A model generated the notes under the pieces. It was given only the letters and a program-made list of their open reading frames with translations, made no database searches and was not told the DNA's origin. The translations under genes and the position numbers were made by a program. Of a stretch of DNA of 64,000 nucleotides, positions 9,255-17,027 are shown one piece after another (the stretch's first letter is position 1; each line of letters opens with the position of its first letter). This DNA is from an uncultured cyanobacterium. Lineage in GTDB: Bacteria > Cyanobacteriota > Cyanobacteriia > Phormidesmidales > Phormidesmidaceae. The stretch is from NCBI GenBank assembly GCA_963793265.1, contig CAWBZI010000006.1:704001-768000 (forward strand), in the 5' to 3' direction.

Positions 9255-10955
9255 ATGCCTAGTTTTGAAAGAAAGGCGGCGAAGCCCGCTACGATTCGCC
9301 CAATCGGCGTATATGTTCTTTCCGGGCTGGCAACGGCTGATACCGCGAGCGGCAAGCGACTATTGGCAGTCGATACGCTGCGGGGTTACTTGGTAGAGGT
9401 TGACCTAAAAACGAACAACACCACTATTTTAAATTCTCATCAGGTCGCTGAATGGATTGGCGCAACGGGGCTCGCAGTTGCAGACGGCACCGTCTGGTTT
9501 ACGCAAGGGGCCTCTGTTTTTAAGTGCGCGCTTAAAGGTGTTTCTGAGAACGCAGCCGAGCTAGTACCCCTGACACCAGAGTTTTTTGCGAAGCTCGCTT
9601 ATCCTGCTGATGGGGTGGCTGTTTGGGGTTCCGATGTCTATGTAACCTGTGAAAAGTCTGGGCATATTCATGTTTACGACCAGCAAAGCGCAGAGCTTAA
9701 AGGTGAGTTTCGTCAGCCGGGCGTTGGGGTTGAAAACATTACGGCGACTGAAGATGAGCTTTGGGTATGCGATCGCACAGAGCAATCCGTCTACTGTCTA
9801 GAAAGATCTAATGGCTCAGTAAAGTTCAGCGTCATCACCCCGTTTAGCTCACCCACCGGCATCACGCTCTTTCCGCAAGATTCAGGCCAGCCCCCCGTTT
9901 GCTACGTTGCCTACGCGAATGAAGAAGCCTATATTCGTGACGATCCAAACGCGGCTAATCCTTACCAGCTTACGTTTCGCGATCGCACCTTCATCCACCC
10001 CCTCTTCATCCATCACAACGAGCAAGCCCGCTACACCCTCTCCAACGGCTACCTCACCGAACTTTCCTACGTCGAAGAACTCCTCCCACTCGAAGACGTA
10101 CCCGCCCTTAGCAACGTAGAATGGCGCATTGCGCTGCCTGCCGACACCCCACGACAAAAAGTCCGCCATGTAGAAGCCATCGGCCACCCCTTCACTGAAG
10201 AAATTCAGGACGGTCAGCGCGTCGCCGTTTATAAATTCGATGGGCTTACCCCGACCCAAGCAGGCTTAGTCGGCTGGAAAGCTGTCGTCGAAATGTATAG
10301 CATCAAGTACAGCCTGACGCCGCTTGACGTAACCGCAACGCCGCCGCTCTCAGAAGAATTTCAGCAGCGCTATCTGGTTGATGATGACGAGCTAGCTATG
10401 GACTCAGACATCATCCAGGCAGCGGCCAAAGAAGCCGTTGGTAGCGAAACCAACATCTTGCGTAAAGCACTCAGAATCCGTAACTACGTCTACGATCAGC
10501 TTTCATACGGCATCCAGCCCAAAATCGACACCCCTGATATTGCCCTCAAGCGTGGCGTCGGTTCCTGTGGTGAATACGTCGGCGTTTTGCTCGCACTCTT
10601 TCGCCTAAACGGCATTGCCTGCCGCACCATTGGCCGCTACAAGTGCCCACAAACGCCAGAGATGCGAAATCTTCCTTTAGAACCTGACTATAACCACGTG
10701 TGGCTAGAGTTCTACATTCCAGATATCGGCTGGCTTCCTATGGAATCAAACGTAGATGACGTAATTGATCGCGGCCCGTATCCTACTCGATTCTTCATGG
10801 GGCTCGCCTGGTACCACACCGAACTGGGCAAAGGCATTCCCTTCGGCAAGCTCAAAGCAGACAACAGACCCGAAAAGTTCTCGTTAGGAAATCTCGCCAT
10901 CAACCATATTCGCTTTACGATACTAGATGAGCTAGATCCATCTGATTCCGCGTAA
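9255..10955 (+). CDS. Transglutaminase-like domain protein with N-terminal beta-propeller-like region
   Basis: GSCGEY (Cys), YNHVWLEFY (His), GWLPMES. The N-half has repeated beta-strand units. ATG 9255 preferred over TTG 9237. Confidence 0.85.
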   Translation: MPSFERKAAKPATIRPIGVYVLSGLATADTASGKRLLAVDTLRGYLVEVDLKTNNTTILNSHQVAEWIGATGLAVADGTVWFTQGASVFKCALKGVSENAAELVPLTPEFFAKLAYPADGVAVWGSDVYVTCEKSGHIHVYDQQSAELKGEFRQPGVGVENITATEDELWVCDRTEQSVYCLERSNGSVKFSVITPFSSPTGITLFPQDSGQPPVCYVAYANEEAYIRDDPNAANPYQLTFRDRTFIHPLFIHHNEQARYTLSNGYLTELSYVEELLPLEDVPALSNVEWRIALPADTPRQKVRHVEAIGHPFTEEIQDGQRVAVYKFDGLTPTQAGLVGWKAVVEMYSIKYSLTPLDVTATPPLSEEFQQRYLVDDDELAMDSDIIQAAAKEAVGSETNILRKALRIRNYVYDQLSYGIQPKIDTPDIALKRGVGSCGEYVGVLLALFRLNGIACRTIGRYKCPQTPEMRNLPLEPDYNHVWLEFYIPDIGWLPMESNVDDVIDRGPYPTRFFMGLAWYHTELGKGIPFGKLKADNRPEKFSLGNLAINHIRFTILDELDPSDSA

Positions 10956-10978
10956 ACGTTATTTAACCCGTATCTTCC

Positions 10979-11908
10979 ATGAACAACAAATATTCTCTTA
11001 TTATCCACGGCGGGGCAGGGGCACTAGAAGACCTTAAATACGAAGCGGGTGAATCAGAATTTAAGACCAGCATTATCGAGATTTTAGAAGCCGGTCGTCA
11101 GCGGCTTGAGAAAGGAGACTCGGCCCTAGATGTTGTTGAATTCTGCGTCAACTTACTAGAAGACAATCCGCTTTACAACGCAGGCAAAGGATCTGTTCTC
11201 AATGAAAACGGTCAGGTAGAAATGGACGCGGCCCTGATGAATGGTAGCGATCTGAGTGCAGGTGCGGTTACCTGTGTCAAGAACGTCAAGAATCCGATCT
11301 CTCTTGCTCGCCAGGTGCTAGAACAGGGCGACCACGTAATGCTCGCAGCCGAGGGTGCACTAGAGTTTGCCAAATTCTGCAACGCGCCCCTACGCCCCGA
11401 CGACTATTTCATCACCCAGCCGCGCATCAAGCAGCTCGAAGAAGCCATAGCAGCCGGACGTATGACTCTTGACCATGAGCGCATTAAGCCCGCGCAGAAA
11501 TTAGGCACCGTGGGCGCTGTCGCTCAAGACGTTGAAGGAAACCTCGCAGCGGCCACTTCTACCGGCGGCCTAGTCAACAAGCGCTGGGGCCGAGTCGGCG
11601 ATACGCCGGTAGTGGGTGCAGGCGTCTTTGCCGACAACGAAACCTGCGCAGTCTCGGCTACAGGATACGGCGAACAGTTCCTTCGCACCGTCCTTTCTAA
11701 AACAGTTTCGGACTACGTTCACTTCAAAGGCATGAGCGCCAGCGAAGCAGCTAAAGCAGGCATTGAGTATCTGGTTGCAAAGGTAAACGGCGAAGGCGGT
11801 GTAATCGTGATTGATGGCGAGGGTCGTTGTGCGGCGGCTCAATCCACCTCTGGCCTTATCCACGGCTGGATTGAGTCAGGGGAAGAAGCCATCTGTAAGC
11901 TAGGCTGA
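10979..11908 (+). CDS. iaaA: Isoaspartyl peptidase / L-asparaginase (Ntn hydrolase)
   Basis: IIHGGAG, NAGKGS, EMDAALM, GTVGAVA (Thr nucleophile), AATSTGG, GRVGDTP, SATGYGE. Confidence 0.93.
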   Translation: MNNKYSLIIHGGAGALEDLKYEAGESEFKTSIIEILEAGRQRLEKGDSALDVVEFCVNLLEDNPLYNAGKGSVLNENGQVEMDAALMNGSDLSAGAVTCVKNVKNPISLARQVLEQGDHVMLAAEGALEFAKFCNAPLRPDDYFITQPRIKQLEEAIAAGRMTLDHERIKPAQKLGTVGAVAQDVEGNLAAATSTGGLVNKRWGRVGDTPVVGAGVFADNETCAVSATGYGEQFLRTVLSKTVSDYVHFKGMSASEAAKAGIEYLVAKVNGEGGVIVIDGEGRCAAAQSTSGLIHGWIESGEEAICKLG

Positions 11909-11925
11909 TAAAAGTAAAGGAACAA

Positions 11926-12744
11926 ATGATGAGAGCTGCTATTATCGGCTGCGGATACGTGGGAACAGCAGTTGCCCAGCGCTGGAAAGAGCAAGGGCTA
12001 GATGTGCTAGCGACGACCACTCGTCAGGAGCGGGTCGAGGATCTGAGTGTGATCGCTCATAAAGTAGAAGTGCTAGTCGGGGCAGATAGCGATCACCTCC
12101 AAGCTGTCCTTTCAGATCGCCAAATCGTCCTCCTCTGCGTCGCCTCCAAACGTGGGTCAAGCTATGCCGACACCTACCTCAAAACCGCCCAAACTATCGC
12201 CAAAGTGCTCCCGCATACGCCCGTAGAACAGCTCATCTACACCAGCAGTTGCTCCGTTTACGGCCAGCACAACGGCGCTTGGGTCACCGAACTCATGCCG
12301 CCCAAGCCCATTACTGACAATGGCAAAATTATTGAACAAACTGAAGAGACTTTGCTTTCGGCTACTAGCCCACAGCAAAAGGTGTGCGTGCTGCGGCTCG
12401 GCGGCATTTATGGGCCTGGTAGAACCTTAGAGAGAATCTACAGCCGTGCTGCGGGAACAACGCGGCCAGGCAAAGGAGAAGAAGGCACTAACTGGGTGCA
12501 CTTGAACGATATTGTAGAAGGGATTGACTGGGCTAGAACGCGGCAGCTATCGGGCCTGTATAACTTGGTGCAGGATGAAGTGTTGACAGTGAGAGAGTTG
12601 ATTGATGAGGTGTGCGATCGCCACAACATAGCCCCCGTCACCTGGGATGAAAGCCAGCCCAGCACCCGCAAAAACGTTCGCGTTTCCAACGGCAAAATCA
12701 AAAAGACTGGCTACGAATTTGTTCATCCGACCTTCGAGCTATAG
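11926..12744 (+). CDS. Atypical SDR / NAD-dependent epimerase-dehydratase
   Basis: IIGCGYVG, YTSSCSVYG, LRLGGIYGPGR, NWVHLNDI. Confidence 0.88.
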   Translation: MMRAAIIGCGYVGTAVAQRWKEQGLDVLATTTRQERVEDLSVIAHKVEVLVGADSDHLQAVLSDRQIVLLCVASKRGSSYADTYLKTAQTIAKVLPHTPVEQLIYTSSCSVYGQHNGAWVTELMPPKPITDNGKIIEQTEETLLSATSPQQKVCVLRLGGIYGPGRTLERIYSRAAGTTRPGKGEEGTNWVHLNDIVEGIDWARTRQLSGLYNLVQDEVLTVRELIDEVCDRHNIAPVTWDESQPSTRKNVRVSNGKIKKTGYEFVHPTFEL

Positions 12745-12775
12745 CTGACCTGTAGTCGTCTACAAACCTAAGCAG

Positions 12776-12964
12776 CTATGCCATTTCACGACAGGAGTTA
12801 GCGCATGCCCGGCAAGACTTGGCGCAGCGCTGGCAGTGATCAAACTCGTGAGAACCGCACTCTTCAGCACAGCGATCACACGCATCCGCACACACACTGC
12901 ACACTGCCTGATGCACCGTCGACTGACGCGACAACCTACCGTTTGATATATCGTAAAGCGACAT
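12776..12964 (-). pseudogene. N-terminally truncated four-helix-bundle copper storage protein (Csp3/DUF326-like)
   Basis: LSRQS..HQAVCSVCADACDRCAEECGSHEFDHCQRCAKSCRACANSCREMA (10 Cys) matches only the last two helices of the family. Confidence 0.7.
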
Positions 12965-12974
12965 TCAGCCTGAG

Positions 12975-13772
12975 CTACAGCACATCTGGATCGATACCCA
13001 ACTCACGCAGCTTCGCTACCAATACGGCATTGCGACTGCGTTCTTTGTCAACCTGCTGCTGTGCCGCTATTGCTTTTTGCTGCTCTTCGTCAGCCTGCCG
13101 CTGTGCCGCTATTGCTTTTTGCTGCTCTTCGTCAGCCTGCTGTAGCGCTAGCTCAGTAGCTTCCTCTAAGGTAGGCACCAGCGCCCCATCAGCCGTAAAA
13201 AATCTCAGCGCGCCTTCACGAACGCCCAGATATAGCCCCAACTGCTGACTCCACAGATGACCTGACTCGTTAGGCTCCAGTGCTCTATAAGTGCCACCTA
13301 CCAACTGAAAGCCCTGAAACTCCGAACCGTTAGGATCAAACCAAAAGTAGTCAGGGGTGCGAAATATGTCTTGATAGAGCTGCTTTTTCAAGCCGCGATC
13401 CACCTTTGCTGTCGAGGCTGAAAGCAGTTCTATGATGACGTTGGGATATTTTCCGTCTTCCTCCCACACAACCCAGCTGTTTCTAGGACGTTTCTCGGTG
13501 CCTAACACGACAAAAAAGTCTGGTCCTCTAAAATCTTCAGACTTCCGGCGACGCTGGCTGTAGTAAACCGTTAGATTTCCCGCCGCGAAGTAGTCAGTAC
13601 GGTCTTTCCAAAGCCAGTCTAAGCACTTGAGCAGCAGTACCATCTGCTGTAGGTGAAGGTAGGTTTCCAAAGGGGGTTCATCGCTATAGAGATTACCAGG
13701 GGGAAACACTACCTCATCTATTGGCGTGTCGCTAGGGATATCTTTGATATATTCAGGCGCTAAGGGAGACAT
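12975..13772 (-). CDS. Uma2 (DUF820) family endonuclease-fold protein
   Basis: SDEPPLET, FRGPDFFVV, SWVVWEEDGKYPNVIIELLS, YFWFDP, C-terminal coiled coil ending LRELGIDPD. Confidence 0.92.
   Translation of the reverse strand: MSPLAPEYIKDIPSDTPIDEVVFPPGNLYSDEPPLETYLHLQQMVLLLKCLDWLWKDRTDYFAAGNLTVYYSQRRRKSEDFRGPDFFVVLGTEKRPRNSWVVWEEDGKYPNVIIELLSASTAKVDRGLKKQLYQDIFRTPDYFWFDPNGSEFQGFQLVGGTYRALEPNESGHLWSQQLGLYLGVREGALRFFTADGALVPTLEEATELALQQADEEQQKAIAAQRQADEEQQKAIAAQQQVDKERSRNAVLVAKLRELGIDPDVL
13058..13140. repeat. 42-bp-period tandem duplication in the Uma2 coiled coil
   Basis: 41 identical nt twice, encoding QADEEQQKAIAAQ x2. Confidence 0.9.
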
Positions 13773-13812
13773 AGCCGCTCACGTGCTTAGATAGCTTCAG
13801 TTTAGCTTGCAG

Positions 13813-16800
13813 TTACGAATCGACGCCTTCAATTGGGGCAAATCCTTGACGCTGAACGTTCTCAGTTACCGTGCGTGGGTCTAAAAACTGAAGGAGGTAG
13901 TCGGGGCCACCTGCTTTAGAGCCAACGCCGGAGAGCTTAAAGCCGCCGAAGGGCTGGCGACCGACAATAGCGCCCGTACAGGTGCGGTTGATATAAAGGT
14001 TGCCAACTTCAAAGTCTTCATAAGCTCGGTCGATATGGGAGGGTGTGCGCGAGTAGAGGCCACCTGTTAAAGCAAAGTTAGTATTGTTGGCAATTTCTAG
14101 AGCATCCTCAAAGTTTTCAGCCTTCAGTACTGCGAGCACTGGCCCAAATATCTCCTCTTGGGCAATCACCCCGTCAGGCTTCACATCTGTGAAAATTACA
14201 GGCCCAACAAAGTACCCTTTCTCAGGCGCAGACAGCTCTAACGCTAGCGTAGCTTCTTCCTTACCCTTCGCAATATAGCCCTGAATGTTCTTCTGAGCAG
14301 CCGCATCAATTACCGGCCCCACTCTAGTTGCCGGATCTTTTGCAATCCCCACGTTCAAAGACTTTGTGGCTTCTATCAGCCGCGCTACAAAAGTCTTGTA
14401 AATAGAGGCCACCACCACCACACGAGAGCAGGCAGAACACTTTTGTCCGCTATAGCCGAAGGCAGAATAAACCACGCCCTGCACGGCCTGATCAAGGTCG
14501 GCACTCTCATCAATAACAATCGCGTTTTTACCGCCCATCTCTGCAACAACGCGCTTCAGATGCTTTTGCCCCGGCTGCAAAATAGCCGCATCTGCATATA
14601 TCTGGCAGCCCACTTCTTGAGAGCCTGTGAACACAATCATATTCACGTCTTTGTGCTTCACCAGATGATTGCCCACCGTAGAGCCTTTGCCCGGAAGATA
14701 CTGGAAAACACCCTTGGGAATACCCGCTTCTATCAAAATTTCTGAGAGCTTAGCGGCAATTACAGAAGTCACAGCAGCAGGCTTGAGCATGACGCAGTTT
14801 CCAGTCACCAAAGCTGCTACAGTCATGCCGGTAGGGATTGCGAGCGGGAAGTTCCAGGGAGAGATGACCAGCACCAAGCCTTTTGCCTGATAGAAATAGC
14901 GATCGCGCTCCCCTGCCACGTCATAAGCAATCTCTTGATCCAACCGCTCCATCTCAGCCGCATAATAATCGCAAAAATCTATCGCCTCCGATACTTCCGC
15001 ATCCGCCTGCTGCATGGGCTTACCGCCTTCAAACACCATCCAAGCATTCAGCTCATGACGCCGTTCTTCTAGCAGCTCGCCTGCCCGTCGAATAATTCCA
15101 GCCCGCTCACTCGCAGGCGTTTTCTTCCAGCCCTTAAAGGCCGCTTTAGCCGCTTCAACCGCCTGATCGGCCTGTTCAATATTAATTTGACCAATCGTAC
15201 CGACCACCTCATCGGGATCACACGGATTTACAGAGTTGATAGTGTCTGCTGTCTCAACAGACTCCCCATCAAGCACGGGCCAATAGGTTTTACCAAGCTG
15301 TTGTTGAACAGCATTCAAGCTGGCGTTAGCATCTCTTCTTAGTGCAACAGCGGCATAGTCGGTATCGGCTGCCAAATTAATCCGCGTGATCGAGTCATTA
15401 TCAGAGACAATCGGCACAGGCAGCACTTCGTCCTCATCTCTATCGCCTTCACCCCAGCTCGGAATCGCCAGAAGCTCTGCCGATGGGCGATCTTCTAAGC
15501 TCTGCTTTAAGAACGAACTGTTCGCAGTGTTTTCTAAAAGGCGACGGATGAGATAGGCCATACCGGGAATCAAATCACCGTAGGGGCAATAGACTCGGAC
15601 GCGGTGACCTTGCTTGACAAGGGCGGTGGCAATGGTATCAGCCATGCCGTATAGCACCTGAAATTCGATATTGCGAGAGGGAATATTCAGAGCGTTTACA
15701 ATCGCTAAAGCATGAGCCTGCGACCTGACGTTATGGCTCCCAATCGCCGCATATAGAACGTCGTAGTTCTCTAGCAGCAGCGCCGTCATGCGCTCAAAGT
15801 TCGCATCGGTTGAAGACTTGTGATTATAAACAGGCGTTGGCCAAAAATTCTGACGAGCCGTAATGGTTTCTTGATCCCAATAAGCGCCTTTTACCAGGCG
15901 AACGGTGATGGGTGTACCGCGCTCTTTGGCCCACGCAATTAAATCCTGCAAGTCCTGATAGCTATCGCGCAGATATGCTTGAAGCGTGATCCCCAAATCA
16001 CTACGCTCTTTGAACTCATCTTCATTCAACAGCTTTTTCAGCGCCGCTAAGGTCGCATCTTTGTAGCGATACTGTTCCATGTCGAAGTGAACAGCTACGC
16101 CTAGCTCTTTTGCCCGACGTAGCAGTGTCCGAATATGCGCAGCCACCTTACTTTCCGAGCCTTCCACATCTAACGGATCGAACTGTGAATAAAAGGCTGT
16201 TAGCTTCATCGTCACCTGCACTTTAGGCAGCGGCTCGCCGTCAGCAACATCTACCTGTGGCACCTGCGACCACTTCTTAGACGCCTCAGTCAAACGCTCC
16301 ATCAGCAGCAGATACTGATCGAGATAAGCCTGTGCTTCTTTCTCAGTGACCACCGCCTCGCCCAGCAGATCTACCGTAAAGGTCATCGACTGCTTGCGAA
16401 TGCGCTCAATGCTTTTAAGCACCTGCGTCATGTTCTCACCCGCAACGTATTTACGGGCAAGCGTTTCTACCGCACCCGAGAGCGTGGTGGCAGCAACATT
16501 TGCAGGCATAGAATTAGGATCTGCAAAGTTCAGCAGGCTTTTGAGCGCCTGCGGAACTTCAACGCTTTTGTCGCCTAGATATTCTTGCAGGTGCCGGGCG
16601 ATTTCAGGCTTAGAAGTGAGCGCTGGTAAACAGTCGATGAGGCGGAACATCTGCACGCGCAGACCCGGATTATCCATCGTCCAGCTCAGCAGCTTATCGT
16701 CCCATTTAAGCTGATCTCTCACTTTAGAGAAGAGTGACTTTTTGCCTTTGCTATCGGCTAAAAGCTGCTGGGCGATCGCCTGCGTTTGATCCTCATAGTC

Positions 16801-16863
16801 ACTGCGAACGTCATCAACCCGATTGCTAACTTGACTATCAGAGCGAGCGGCACTAATCACCAT
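13813..16863 (-). CDS. putA: Bifunctional proline dehydrogenase / P5C dehydrogenase
   Basis: DLLGE, DME, VRLVKGAYWD, SHN, EFQVLYGM, YLIRRLLENTAN; ALDH motifs ISPWNFP, FTGS, AEMGGKN, GQKCSA, EEIFGP. AGGAG RBS. Confidence 0.96.
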   Translation of the reverse strand: MVISAARSDSQVSNRVDDVRSDYEDQTQAIAQQLLADSKGKKSLFSKVRDQLKWDDKLLSWTMDNPGLRVQMFRLIDCLPALTSKPEIARHLQEYLGDKSVEVPQALKSLLNFADPNSMPANVAATTLSGAVETLARKYVAGENMTQVLKSIERIRKQSMTFTVDLLGEAVVTEKEAQAYLDQYLLLMERLTEASKKWSQVPQVDVADGEPLPKVQVTMKLTAFYSQFDPLDVEGSESKVAAHIRTLLRRAKELGVAVHFDMEQYRYKDATLAALKKLLNEDEFKERSDLGITLQAYLRDSYQDLQDLIAWAKERGTPITVRLVKGAYWDQETITARQNFWPTPVYNHKSSTDANFERMTALLLENYDVLYAAIGSHNVRSQAHALAIVNALNIPSRNIEFQVLYGMADTIATALVKQGHRVRVYCPYGDLIPGMAYLIRRLLENTANSSFLKQSLEDRPSAELLAIPSWGEGDRDEDEVLPVPIVSDNDSITRINLAADTDYAAVALRRDANASLNAVQQQLGKTYWPVLDGESVETADTINSVNPCDPDEVVGTIGQINIEQADQAVEAAKAAFKGWKKTPASERAGIIRRAGELLEERRHELNAWMVFEGGKPMQQADAEVSEAIDFCDYYAAEMERLDQEIAYDVAGERDRYFYQAKGLVLVISPWNFPLAIPTGMTVAALVTGNCVMLKPAAVTSVIAAKLSEILIEAGIPKGVFQYLPGKGSTVGNHLVKHKDVNMIVFTGSQEVGCQIYADAAILQPGQKHLKRVVAEMGGKNAIVIDESADLDQAVQGVVYSAFGYSGQKCSACSRVVVVASIYKTFVARLIEATKSLNVGIAKDPATRVGPVIDAAAQKNIQGYIAKGKEEATLALELSAPEKGYFVGPVIFTDVKPDGVIAQEEIFGPVLAVLKAENFEDALEIANNTNFALTGGLYSRTPSHIDRAYEDFEVGNLYINRTCTGAIVGRQPFGGFKLSGVGSKAGGPDYLLQFLDPRTVTENVQRQGFAPIEGVDS

Positions 16864-17027
16864 CTAAAAAAGTCTCCTAACTTCCTATTAACCTTTCAAA
16901 AATTCAACCAAGATCCAGCTTTCAAGCCTACAAGAACCACGGGCACAAAAGCATGATCCAGAAGGAATGGATCATACCTGTACAAATCTCTAATCCCAAC
17001 CGTATAGCGCCTAATTACATCGGCGAA

